A stretch of 64,000 nucleotides of DNA from Candidatus Helarchaeota archaeon (GCA_019058315.1 JAHPZH010000001.1:881432-945431), one strand, 5' to 3'; numbered from the stretch's first letter, positions 8,586-18,477 are shown. Numbers and translations: made by a program. The notes: generated by a model not told the origin, from the letters alone.

Positions 8586-8600
8586 TATTTAAAATTTTCC
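8586..8600 (-). promoter_or_regulatory. BRE/TATA promoter of ncRNA copy 2
   Basis: Minus strand GGAAAAT-TTTAAATA; TATA at 8586-8593, nearly the same offset as in copy 1. Confidence 0.65.
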
Positions 8601-8623
8601 TATTAAATTGGAATTCAAAATCT

Positions 8624-8841
8624 AATATTGAAGGGGGTCAAAAAACGGCACAAATGATACAAGATGAGAGTAGAAACTCTTTATTTTTAAAAGTCGATGT
8701 ATCAAAAAAAGACGAAGTTAGAGCACTCATAAAGCAGTCAGTGGGCTATGCTCTAATGCAGCATCATTCGTCACAGGTCATAATTTAGTTGTTGATGGTG
8801 GATTTATCGCCAGTATTCCACCTCCAATACCACAGAAGTAA
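8624..8841 (+). pseudogene. short-chain dehydrogenase/reductase remnant with a large internal deletion
   Basis: NIEGGQKTAQMI...FLKVDVSKKDEVRALI (SDR N-terminal part) is joined out of frame to LCSNAASFVTGHNLVVDGG (SDR C-terminus). No GxxxGxG or YxxxK remains. Confidence 0.8.
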
Positions 8842-8917
8842 TTAGAATAATAGAAGATTCATATTAAATTTTAAATGGAAAGAATGAATAAAATTTTGAT
8901 TAAAAACAATCAAAATT

Positions 8918-9070
8918 TCAATCTTCTCTTCTATTCCAAACTTCTTGTTTTAATAAGTCTCTCACTGCGACCCGAATTGCTTCACTTCTATTCGGATATA
9001 TTCCCCATGATATTAACTTTTCTAATCCTTCAAGATAAGATTTTGGCAGATGTAAGGTAATTATTTCCAT
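8918..9070 (-). CDS. ribbon-helix-helix (CopG/Arc/MetJ, CdrS-like) regulator, 50 aa, absent from the ORF track
   Basis: MEIITLHLPKSYLEGLEKLISWGIYPNRSEAIRVAVRDLLKQEVWNRRED; YPNRSEAIR signature; SD GAGGTG upstream. Confidence 0.9.
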   Translation of the reverse strand: MEIITLHLPKSYLEGLEKLISWGIYPNRSEAIRVAVRDLLKQEVWNRRED

Positions 9071-9113
9071 TCACAACACCTCTTTTTTTTGGTATTTTTC
9101 TGATATATCTTCT

Positions 9114-9156
9114 AGTAATACTTTGATATAAAACTGAGTACTCCCACAGTATTACT
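9114..9156. promoter_or_regulatory. inverted repeat flanking a TATA-like box, candidate RHH operator
   Basis: AGTAATACT (9114-9122) and AGTATTACT (9148-9156) surround atataaaa (9126-9133) and the palindrome GAGTACTC. Confidence 0.4.
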
Positions 9157-9234
9157 TATCAAACGTAATAATTTATAAAGAAATTTTCAATAAGAATAGA
9201 AAAGTAGTGTATGATTTAGATATTATTATAAAAA

Positions 9235-10161
9235 ATGAGTCGAGGTTACCAAATGGTTCATAAACTTGTTTTAATAAGACACGGAGAAAGTGCTTGGAAC
9301 CTAGAAAATAGGTTCACGGGATGGACAGATGTTGGATTAACGAAAAAAGGAATTAAGGAAAATATACAAGCTGCAAAAATCCTAAAAAATGAAGGTTACA
9401 CATTTGATGTTGCTTTTACTTCAGTTTTAAAGCGTGGAATAAGTACTTTATGGACTATTCTTGAAGAAATGGATTTAATGTGGATACCCGTTTATAAAAC
9501 TTGGAAACTTAATGAGCGAATGTACGGGGCTCTCCAGGGACTTAATAAATCTGAGACTGCTAAAAAACTCGGAGAAGAACAAGTTCTAATATGGCGTCGA
9601 TCGTATGATGTCGCTCCTCCTGCATTAGATAAAACAGATAAAAGGTATCCTGGGAATGATCCAAAATATAGTAATTTAGATCCAGATGAAATCCCACTTA
9701 CAGAAAGTTTAAAAGACACAATTGCAAGGGTTCTGCCATATTGGGATGATGTTATCGCTCCTATAATAAAGGATGGAGCAAAAGTTATTATATCCGCTCA
9801 TGGTAATAGTTTAAGAGCTTTAGTAAAATATTTAGATGATGTTTCTAACGAAGAAATAATAAAATTAAACATACCTACTGGTATTCCGTTAATTTATGAA
9901 CTAGATGATGATTTAAAACCAATAAAGCATTATTATCTTGGAGATCAAGAACAGATTGAAAAATCAATTGCGGTTACCAGGGATCAAGGATTAGCTGAAC
10001 GTCATTATTATATTGATGATCCAGAGGAAATAGAGAAAGCTTTAGAAACCATTAAAATTCAAGAGATAAAAGCCAGTGAAGAAAAACCAAGATACTTCTA
10101 CATAGACGACCCTGAAGAAATAAAAAAATCATTAGAAAAAAATGATAAAAAAGAGGATTAG
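9235..10161 (+). CDS. gpmA: 2,3-bisphosphoglycerate-dependent phosphoglycerate mutase with repeated C-terminal tail
   Basis: [52 protein letters not shown]. Probable start is ATG 9253. Confidence 0.95.
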   Translation: MSRGYQMVHKLVLIRHGESAWNLENRFTGWTDVGLTKKGIKENIQAAKILKNEGYTFDVAFTSVLKRGISTLWTILEEMDLMWIPVYKTWKLNERMYGALQGLNKSETAKKLGEEQVLIWRRSYDVAPPALDKTDKRYPGNDPKYSNLDPDEIPLTESLKDTIARVLPYWDDVIAPIIKDGAKVIISAHGNSLRALVKYLDDVSNEEIIKLNIPTGIPLIYELDDDLKPIKHYYLGDQEQIEKSIAVTRDQGLAERHYYIDDPEEIEKALETIKIQEIKASEEKPRYFYIDDPEEIKKSLEKNDKKED

Positions 10162-10181
10162 ATATAAAAATTTATTAGATT

Positions 10182-11249
10182 TTAACTATATAATTTTTTA
10201 TGTTTTCGAGGGAATTCTTCAAACATCCTTTGTGCTTCATCAGGAGGGAGAATAACAATCTCACCATCTGGTTTTTGAAGTACACATCCTGAATTTATGA
10301 GAAGATCATAATTTTTGCGATTTTCATCTTTATCTCCCCAACAAACCTTTTGACACATACCACATGTCATACGTAAATTTACACCTGGTAGAAGAGGATT
10401 TTCAAAACCTCCTGGTGGTTTACGCTCTGGCCATTTTGTATATTTATAGACTGCTGTACCAGTAGCAAGTATAATTTTTTTTTCTTCAGTTGGTATTTCA
10501 AACCGCCCGGGAGACCAAGTGGACCACTTTCCACTTGGGTGAAGTCCACAAAATCCACCACAAACGAAATTACACCACATTTTATTGTTCCGGCGGCTAT
10601 ATGTAAATTTTTCTCCTCCAATTGTGACCTCTGATATTTCTTTTGCATCAAACATTTTGGATGGACATGCAGCAACGCATAATTTACAATTTATGCAAAA
10701 ACCTTCTCCTGGAGGAATTCTTTTTGTTGCTGTAAGCTCAGCATTTGTAACGACAGTACCTAACAAAATTGCAGTTCCATAACCTTTAATACCTATATTT
10801 CCCGACCAACCAAATGAACCTACCCCAGATACTGCAGCTATATATCGGTGAGAAATGTCTGGATACATTTCTCTTCTCCAATTTTCTATATTAGTTCTAT
10901 ATACTTCATTTTCCTTTATTGCTACAGCTTTGAAACCCTTTTTTTCTAACCATTCAACTAATTCATTACTAGTTTGATCGATTTTTTTCCTTATCTTAAT
11001 TTGATCATCCTCAGCTTTTTTATGTGCTTGAATGCTCTTTTTTGCCATAAAACCTCTGATTAATTCTTTATTAAGTGGTAGAGCGAAACTAATTGCTGAT
11101 TTTGCTTCTGGAAGAACATAAGCTAAATTTACGCTTGGAGGACCACCTGCTAGAGTTTCTAGAGTGGCAAATCCAATGTTAATCGTTCCTTTTTTGTTTA
11201 AAAAATCTTTAATTTCCTTATTTAAAGTAATAATAGTCTTTTGAGACAT
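10182..11249 (-). CDS. epoxyqueuosine reductase/reductive dehalogenase-like Fe-S protein
   Basis: SHRYIAAVSGVGSFGWSG; CINCKLCVAACP and CGMCQKVC. Confidence 0.8.
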   Translation of the reverse strand: MSQKTIITLNKEIKDFLNKKGTINIGFATLETLAGGPPSVNLAYVLPEAKSAISFALPLNKELIRGFMAKKSIQAHKKAEDDQIKIRKKIDQTSNELVEWLEKKGFKAVAIKENEVYRTNIENWRREMYPDISHRYIAAVSGVGSFGWSGNIGIKGYGTAILLGTVVTNAELTATKRIPPGEGFCINCKLCVAACPSKMFDAKEISEVTIGGEKFTYSRRNNKMWCNFVCGGFCGLHPSGKWSTWSPGRFEIPTEEKKIILATGTAVYKYTKWPERKPPGGFENPLLPGVNLRMTCGMCQKVCWGDKDENRKNYDLLINSGCVLQKPDGEIVILPPDEAQRMFEEFPRKHKKLYS

Positions 11250-11253
11250 TTAA

Positions 11254-11976
11254 TCAATCTCCATTATGTATAATTACTAAACCTAAGGGAACAATCCAAG
11301 CTACAATAGAAAAAAGCAGCATCCATTCCCAAAATGGACCACCTACAATACCAAATATTATTAAAGTCCCTAAAGGACCAACTAAACCATAAATTCCCAG
11401 CGGTTTAGGTATTTCTGTATCATTATAGAATAATATTATTAAACCAAAGAACATTGCCCCAAATGTAAAACCTCCAAAAGCCATTCCTGAAGTTATACCA
11501 TGCAAACCGAAATAGCCTCTATCCTCAGAAAAGACTCCTACTCCAATATATCCAATATTTCCAATTATAGACCAAAACCATGCAAGAGATCCTAATCTAA
11601 GTCGCATTCTTGAACTATCTAAAGGAATAAAACGATGTTCTAAATAGAAACTAATAGGAAGAGTAAGAGCTCCAGCAAATATAGCCGCTAGATCATAAAG
11701 ATAAGGTGCAGGGGTATATCTAATGCTACCGAGATCACTTATCCAGTGAGTAGCAATAGAATAACGGTCCCATCTAATACTCCCATGGTTAAATATATAA
11801 TCTGGTAAGAGAGGTATGAAGTTCTCAGGACCTAAATAGGCTACAATTACTCCCATTATTAATAGGGGAAAATATATCAGCATTACAAGCATTGTGCACT
11901 TTTTACAAAAGTCAAATTCCGTAACTTTGTCATAAAATCGTTCTTTTAAATCAATTATCATATCTTTGAATGTCAT
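11254..11976 (-). CDS. DUF998-like membrane protein
   Basis: WISDLG motif, GVFSED...H, EW near the C-terminus; about 6 TM segments. Confidence 0.65.
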   Translation of the reverse strand: MTFKDMIIDLKERFYDKVTEFDFCKKCTMLVMLIYFPLLIMGVIVAYLGPENFIPLLPDYIFNHGSIRWDRYSIATHWISDLGSIRYTPAPYLYDLAAIFAGALTLPISFYLEHRFIPLDSSRMRLRLGSLAWFWSIIGNIGYIGVGVFSEDRGYFGLHGITSGMAFGGFTFGAMFFGLIILFYNDTEIPKPLGIYGLVGPLGTLIIFGIVGGPFWEWMLLFSIVAWIVPLGLVIIHNGD

Positions 11977-12076
11977 TTTAAAACTCCTGTTTAAAAATTA
12001 TATTTTTTTAAGATAAACAATTCCGAATAAATGGTTAATAGAAAAATCGTTTAATAATTTTTTTAGTAATAAAATG

Positions 12077-15000
12077 TCAATTACTAAAGATTTCTAGAGC
12101 AATTGGACCAATTTTTGTAAATACACTTATTTTGCCATTATATTTTGGAAGTTCTTTATGATAAAATTTTTCAATTTCGTCTACTGTTTGTTTTAATTTT
12201 TCTCTTAAAGTGATGAGATTTTCTTCAGTAATTAATGCGGCACTTATATATTTTCCATGCTCAAAGAGGATGTCCATATCTTCTTGTTCAATCACTTTTA
12301 TGTTTGTATCAGTTCTTGTTACGTGTTGAATCATAGATTCGACTCCTGTAAGACCACCAGCTACTAATGTAGGTGACACTTCTTTATCCTTCTTAAAAGA
12401 ATGATTAAAAATACATGCTCCATCCCGTAAATAAAAGTAGATATGATGAATTCTATTGAACCAATTTAGCTCAGATTCTGTTTTTAAATCGGTTTTTTGT
12501 AAATCTCCAATATCTAATGAAGAACTTATTTCTATTGGACAAGAAGGGGCAGAAATTCCAATGCTGGACTCTGAAATTTGTGGTTTTTCAATAATTTTCA
12601 AGGCAGAAATAAGGGTTGCTTTTTCTTTTTTTATCATATTCAAATAATTTGAAACATCTTTTCTTTTCTGAACATAACCTGCCTTATTAAACATATCTTT
12701 AGCTGAATTGAGGTAATGAATCGCTACATTTAAATGTTTATCTTTTTTTGATAATTCTATTTCTTTATCCGCTTTAATTAAATACCATAATCCATCAAAA
12801 AATGTAGAAGTTGCTAAAGCCCATTGTGCGTCTTTTTTGAAACCTCCAAGTTGATAATTTCTGGCCGAATCCCGAAGAAATATCTTAATTTTTCTATAAA
12901 AATCTATTTTTTCTTCTAAATCCGAACCATCAAATAAAGTTCCGTATTGGAGAGCATTACAATATTGAGCATTACCAACAGATAACTTTTTCATTCTACT
13001 TTCCGGGAATATATTTGCAGCTTTTTTAAATAGTTCAGCTGCAGCTGCATAAGTCGATGATTTTTGTTCGACATAAGCTTTTTCCATACTTTTCCAAGCA
13101 TTACATAGGTAATAAATACCCGTTAATTCGTCTTTTTCTTTTTGAAGTTTAAATGATTGGCACAAATTCTCAAAGATGTCTCCTGCTTTACCATAAAATT
13201 CAGCAGCTACTAAATTGTTTCCTTTTTTACTTTCTATACGTGCAGTTTCAATTTGATTCCTTGCCATACAATAATTATCCCGAACTCGTGCTACTTGTAT
13301 TAATTTTAAGATTCGTTTTTTAATATCAGGTGGTATTCGTCTTTTTAAATAAGAATTAAAAACCTCTACAGCTTCTTCGAAACCCCTTTCCGCATTTAAA
13401 TAAGCTACTGCAGATTTTTTATGTTCACCGCTTTTACTCAAATATTCTGCTTTCTCTAGCATTGCCCATGCTGAGTAAAATGGTGCTTCAAATTTATATT
13501 CCTGAATTTTACTTAATAATTGGGTTGCCTTTTCATAATGTTTTTGAGCAGTAGTATGATCTTCTTTTATATGATTAGCTTTTGCTAGCTCAATAATTTG
13601 CCAAGCTTTCACATAATTTTTTAAATGTTCAATTTTATGACCAAAACTAGAATAACTAATTGTTAACATAGCTTTTTCAAAAAAATCAATTGATTTTTTA
13701 TAATTTTCTGTAGCAGAAAGATAATTTCCTAATCGGTCTTCAATTTGTGCTAGGTTGTTATAAGCTAAGCCGATTAAATTAAAAAATCCTTTATCTTTAC
13801 AGTATTCTATCGATTCAATATAGGAATTATAAGATTTTCTATAAATTTCCTCTTCATTTGTTAATTTTCCAAGTTCAAAATAAGTGTCTCCGAGTAAAAA
13901 CATATTTTCCAAGGTTTGGTATTCCTTAGGGGTATTTTCTAAGAGATCTATCGTTATTTGATAAAAATCAATTTTATCCGATTCATTTGAAGAATTTTTT
14001 GCCAAAATTAATCCATTTCGTGAAATATTGTAAAGATATTCATTATAATAAGAATTTGTTGAGCTATATTTAGGATGTATAAAATTAGGTATGTCTAGAT
14101 AAAGTTTTACTGCTTTTTGTATATGATCTTGATCTTTAAGTAAATCTCCTAAAATACCATACGCTGCACATAATTTATATTTCTGCATTAAACTAAATAT
14201 TCTATATTTGGGGTCTTTTAATAGCGATAATTGATCTGTGGGTAATTCGATCAGTTCAAGAGATTTATTTGCAAATGTAATTCGTAATTCATCAGCAATT
14301 TGGCGAGTAGAGAGCGAAATTTCAAGAAGTGATTCAGCTGCATCTAAAATTACTTGTGTAATTGTGATTTTAGGAAAACTTAAAGTACCTGATACAATTA
14401 AATTGTCCAAATCTATTAAGGTTGATTTAAAATCCTTAGTAAAATATCCTAAAGAAGTTAAACATAATGAAACCGTAAAATTGCAATAATAAAATAATGA
14501 TAATGCGTGATTTGCATGAATTATTAATGCTTCACCTTTTTTGAGCCATTTCTGGGCTTTTTTTAGATATCTTCTTTCTTCGAATTGATTTTTTGCATAA
14601 TATTTAGAATGAAGCAGACATAAAAAAGCAAAAATAGTATAAGAATAAAATAAGGATAAAATATTTGGTGTATCTTCCAAAGAAATAATAAAATGCTTTA
14701 ATTTATCCATTGTTGAAATTAAAAAATCCTCGATATTCAATTGCCCCATTGGAAATAAAGAAACTATCCACCCAGAAGCGTCCCTTACACTCTTTAAAAA
14801 TTGATAAATATAAATTTCAGAAAAATCTTGATATCTTCCAATATTTTCCCAAATATATGAAATTAATTCTTCAAATTCAATAGTTAAATCTTTTAGAAGT
14901 TGTTTTTCACCAATTCTAACTATATTTTCACCAATTAACAAAACTAAAGATCTAACTTCAAGAATCGTCAATTTTATTGACTCTTCATCCCCTAAATTTA

Positions 15001-15421
15001 ATTTTCTAGCTTTGTCGAAGTGTAATTTTGCATTTTCTAAAAAATTTAATTTTGAATCCTCCTCACCCCCTGAACTCCCTGATATATATTTTAATAAATT
15101 AATGAACCCTAAGGTCAAATTCTCATATTTTTTATTATTTGATTCAATAGCAATTTGGTAAGCTTTTTCAAAACTTGATATTGAGGAGTTAAATTTTATT
15201 TGCGCTCTTTCTTTGGTTTTTTCAAAATCCGCTATACTTTGATAAATTTCTCCTAATTTATAATAAACTTCAAAATTTTTTATTTCATTATCAAGACAAA
15301 TTTTTTCTGCTTCTTTTAATAGCTCTATAGCCTTAATCCAATCATATTTACGTTCTTTCTCTTGAGATTGCTTGAACAAAGCCTTTATTTGTTCTTCTTC
15401 ATTTAGAGCTATTTCTGACAT
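12077..15421 (-). CDS. large TPR-repeat protein with C-terminal longin-like domain
   Basis: Many TPR-like repeats (LGDTYFELG, AYNNLAQIEDRLGNY); C-terminal IYFYLRDGACIF...LVAGGLTGVESMIQ...EHGKYISAALIT. Confidence 0.8.
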   Translation of the reverse strand: MSEIALNEEEQIKALFKQSQEKERKYDWIKAIELLKEAEKICLDNEIKNFEVYYKLGEIYQSIADFEKTKERAQIKFNSSISSFEKAYQIAIESNNKKYENLTLGFINLLKYISGSSGGEEDSKLNFLENAKLHFDKARKLNLGDEESIKLTILEVRSLVLLIGENIVRIGEKQLLKDLTIEFEELISYIWENIGRYQDFSEIYIYQFLKSVRDASGWIVSLFPMGQLNIEDFLISTMDKLKHFIISLEDTPNILSLFYSYTIFAFLCLLHSKYYAKNQFEERRYLKKAQKWLKKGEALIIHANHALSLFYYCNFTVSLCLTSLGYFTKDFKSTLIDLDNLIVSGTLSFPKITITQVILDAAESLLEISLSTRQIADELRITFANKSLELIELPTDQLSLLKDPKYRIFSLMQKYKLCAAYGILGDLLKDQDHIQKAVKLYLDIPNFIHPKYSSTNSYYNEYLYNISRNGLILAKNSSNESDKIDFYQITIDLLENTPKEYQTLENMFLLGDTYFELGKLTNEEEIYRKSYNSYIESIEYCKDKGFFNLIGLAYNNLAQIEDRLGNYLSATENYKKSIDFFEKAMLTISYSSFGHKIEHLKNYVKAWQIIELAKANHIKEDHTTAQKHYEKATQLLSKIQEYKFEAPFYSAWAMLEKAEYLSKSGEHKKSAVAYLNAERGFEEAVEVFNSYLKRRIPPDIKKRILKLIQVARVRDNYCMARNQIETARIESKKGNNLVAAEFYGKAGDIFENLCQSFKLQKEKDELTGIYYLCNAWKSMEKAYVEQKSSTYAAAAELFKKAANIFPESRMKKLSVGNAQYCNALQYGTLFDGSDLEEKIDFYRKIKIFLRDSARNYQLGGFKKDAQWALATSTFFDGLWYLIKADKEIELSKKDKHLNVAIHYLNSAKDMFNKAGYVQKRKDVSNYLNMIKKEKATLISALKIIEKPQISESSIGISAPSCPIEISSSLDIGDLQKTDLKTESELNWFNRIHHIYFYLRDGACIFNHSFKKDKEVSPTLVAGGLTGVESMIQHVTRTDTNIKVIEQEDMDILFEHGKYISAALITEENLITLREKLKQTVDEIEKFYHKELPKYNGKISVFTKIGPIALEIFSN

Positions 15422-15496
15422 TTATAAGTCTTCCGGTAAAATTTTCCCGGTTTTTAGAAAATTATTATATAAAAATTGCATATAGCTTATTGCTTT

Positions 15497-16138
15497 TTAT
15501 TCTTCTTGTAGATCTTGTTCTCTAGGTTTTAATAAAATTGTAATTTCACCATGTGGATCTCCACGGACAAAGCATTTAGTCTCTCTGGCTATTACATTAT
15601 ATTCGTTGCCTACATAATCTTGCAATGCTTGTAAAATTCCTTTAAAAATAGCTGCAAGAACTTCACCAGGAGTAAATATTCCAAAATGTTCATGAGTCAG
15701 TTTACTTTCTTCAGCACAAAACAAACAAAATTTTTGTTGCAATGTCAGTCTTACAGTTCCATCATCTTCCATTGAAAGTTCGGGCTCTGTCCACATTTCC
15801 TTATAATCCTTGCCAAAAATTGCCCAAAAGATTAAAGTAGAAATAAAAATGATATCTTCAATACTTTTACTCATAACGCTACTCATTGAAACCCCTAGTA
15901 AAATTGGAGTATCGATCATTTCTGAAATTATATTTTTTGATTCTTCCTCTACTTGTGTAGCAAAATCATGAACAGCTTGCTGATAATCTCCATTATTTAT
16001 ACCTGCATACAAATGGAGAATATTTCTAACCATAGAATTAACTGAATAGAGGTTAATCTTTTTGGCTTTTCTGAAAAATATTCGTTTCCCAAATCCTGCA
16101 ATCTTTTTTCTAAACCAACCTAATTTTTCAACAGGAAT
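15497..16138 (-). CDS. V4R-domain protein
   Basis: CLFC...ARETKCFVRGDPHGEI. Frame is open upstream of ATG 16033 to an ATT at 16138 behind GGGGGC. Confidence 0.7.
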   Translation of the reverse strand: MPVEKLGWFRKKIAGFGKRIFFRKAKKINLYSVNSMVRNILHLYAGINNGDYQQAVHDFATQVEEESKNIISEMIDTPILLGVSMSSVMSKSIEDIIFISTLIFWAIFGKDYKEMWTEPELSMEDDGTVRLTLQQKFCLFCAEESKLTHEHFGIFTPGEVLAAIFKGILQALQDYVGNEYNVIARETKCFVRGDPHGEITILLKPREQDLQEE

Positions 16139-16140
16139 TT

Positions 16141-16656
16141 TTATGCCCCCTTAAATTGTATAGAATGAATACATGCTTTATCACCCGTTCCCCTCGAAGA
16201 TATTGTCTTGACTTCAAATGTGTTTCTAGGAAGTTCTAATTTTTCTCGTTCTGTAAGAACAGTGAGCAACCTTTCAATTGATCCAGAGTAAGGAGTGCAA
16301 TAATGAAAAGGTAGACCTTCTAATTTAATATCTGTACATAATATACAGTCATCATCAATTACGTGATAGATATCTTCTGTGATTTTCTTTATCTTTACTT
16401 TGCTACTATAAAAAATATCAAAGAAATCTTTTATATAATCCTGAAATTTGTTTCTTTTGAGATTATAAATATTTAAAAAATCATCCATTATATTGGAACC
16501 TAGTTTTCTTAATGCTTCAATAGCCCCCTCCGTATCAAAGTTTTGATAACAATAAGATAATACTGCAGGGTAGATCATAGTTACAACTAAAACGTTCATT
16601 TTCTTAGTCGAAAAGACCTTTGCAGTCCCACGACGAGCGAGATCAAACACCTCCAA
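16141..16656 (-). CDS. V4R-domain protein
   Basis: CILC...HYCTPYSG...TISSRGTGDKACIHSI. Confidence 0.7.
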   Translation of the reverse strand: MEVFDLARRGTAKVFSTKKMNVLVVTMIYPAVLSYCYQNFDTEGAIEALRKLGSNIMDDFLNIYNLKRNKFQDYIKDFFDIFYSSKVKIKKITEDIYHVIDDDCILCTDIKLEGLPFHYCTPYSGSIERLLTVLTEREKLELPRNTFEVKTISSRGTGDKACIHSIQFKGA

Positions 16657-16746
16657 TTTTTCAAACCTCTTATTTCAGTAAATAATGAGTAAAATTCAAT
16701 ATTTATTACTAATAGTTTTCAACTTATAAATTTGAAAATTATTTCT

Positions 16747-17898
16747 CTAAATAAATCTTGTTTCTTCTCCTATACCTATGGAAATAATTTTAGAAGTATC
16801 AATTTTTTCTGAGGCTGGAGTTTCATGAGAAACATCTAAATATACGCACCTTGAAGCTTCGTCCCATTCCAAACCTAAATCATTACAAAAAATTCTTGTT
16901 TGCTTATCTTTTCTTGTAATTGAATATTTTTTCATAATATCTTTCTCCTTAAGATATGGAAATTCTGCGGAGAGTGATTCTGCTGGACGGGGAACGCCTT
17001 CCTCTTCCCAAGGTTGCCTATAAAAAATATCAAGAAATTCTGGAAAATTTTCTTTATACCATGAATGATTTCCCATGTTATCCCCTTGACAATATAGCTT
17101 ATGTTGGGTTGTTAGACCCGCTAGCGTTAAAATAAATTTTCTTCTTCCTCCTACGCTAAAATTCTGGATTAAAGGAGGCCACGGACAATATGCGAAAAAT
17201 TGATCAGGAACACCTAATCTTTTAGCAGATAAACCATCCCAAATCCCTCCAATCGATTCGTAGTTGCTGGTGTATCCAACTTGATCGATAAACCCTGTAA
17301 ACCAAGTAACACAAGTGTAATAATGAGAGTGTTGCCAATGGGGAGTTCTTTCATTTCGTATATCTTTTAAAATATCAATTGCTCTCATTCCTAATTCCAT
17401 AAAATTTTTAATTTTTTTAGGAAAATCTCTTAATTTAATACCAAGCTTTAAATGACGGCGATCTAAGACCTCATCATCTCCTCCAACATAAAACCAATCG
17501 ACAGGAACTCCCTCTTCACCATGAGCATTGAAAATAAATGCAAGCTCGTTTTTATCATCATCAATTACAAGAAAAGTCGTATCAGTTGATGAACCATATA
17601 ATAGTTTCATCATACCAATCTGCAAATCTTGACGGGTTGTTACAACAGGAGGAAAGATGGTGTAGGCTAATAGTTTATCAGGCTCCTTATATTTCCCTTC
17701 TAATACATCTCTAGCGGTCTTTATTGAATCGTTAATACGATTTACTGCAATTTTATAAAGATCTCTTGAAAAAATTCCGAACGCTCTTTTAAAATAATCC
17801 CAACCTAGTTCTTCATAACTCTTCCATAAATTATGAAGCAATGGAAGAAAATTTTTAGTTGTAACATCTTCTGGAATGTCTGAATAACGATAAGGCAT
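16747..17898 (-). CDS. hypothetical soluble protein
   Basis: 383-aa ORF with normal composition; no motif recognised. Confidence 0.75.
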   Translation of the reverse strand: MPYRYSDIPEDVTTKNFLPLLHNLWKSYEELGWDYFKRAFGIFSRDLYKIAVNRINDSIKTARDVLEGKYKEPDKLLAYTIFPPVVTTRQDLQIGMMKLLYGSSTDTTFLVIDDDKNELAFIFNAHGEEGVPVDWFYVGGDDEVLDRRHLKLGIKLRDFPKKIKNFMELGMRAIDILKDIRNERTPHWQHSHYYTCVTWFTGFIDQVGYTSNYESIGGIWDGLSAKRLGVPDQFFAYCPWPPLIQNFSVGGRRKFILTLAGLTTQHKLYCQGDNMGNHSWYKENFPEFLDIFYRQPWEEEGVPRPAESLSAEFPYLKEKDIMKKYSITRKDKQTRIFCNDLGLEWDEASRCVYLDVSHETPASEKIDTSKIISIGIGEETRFI

Positions 17899-18114
17899 TT
17901 TAATTTCTTTCCAAATCTTATTTTATGAGAAGTAAAATCAAATTTAATATTACTATCTAAAGATTTATTGAAAAAAAAATCTTACTATTATTTTAGATAA
18001 ATGAATATAAAAAGAAAATTTTAATACTCTTGATGAAATGGATATCATATATTAAAGGATATCGTTTCTAATTTTAGTTTCTGTAATACATTAATCTTTT
18101 CTAAAGTAAATTTT

Positions 18115-18435
18115 CTAGATTTTCAAAATCTTTTCAAAAGAACAATTTTTACATTTAATTTCCATGATTTTTTTATTGATTGTCATTGTAATATTTTCGG
18201 ATTCGCATTTTGGACAACTAATGTATCTTAAAATTTTGTGATAGCATTTCTTACAATAAACTACAACTCCTTCAACAAGTGGATTGGAACTGGATAAAAT
18301 AAGTATTTTATTTAATCTATATTTCCTTTTACAAACTTGACATGTGCATCTGCAATTATCACAGAGATATTTTCCCTTATAATTTTGCAGTGCGTCCTCT
18401 GTAAAGGATTGAAAACAACTATCACATTTTCTCAA
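18115..18435 (-). CDS. Cys-rich multi zinc-finger protein
   Basis: Six CxxC pairs in 106 aa. Confidence 0.7.
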   Translation of the reverse strand: MRKCDSCFQSFTEDALQNYKGKYLCDNCRCTCQVCKRKYRLNKILILSSSNPLVEGVVVYCKKCYHKILRYISCPKCESENITMTINKKIMEIKCKNCSFEKILKI

Positions 18436-18477
18436 TTTTTATTGTCCATACTAATTTAATAATAAAAAAAAGAAATT

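Noticed and set aside
8875-9060. 61-aa plus-strand ORF from the track
   Set aside because: It is the antisense shadow of the RHH gene at 8918-9070.
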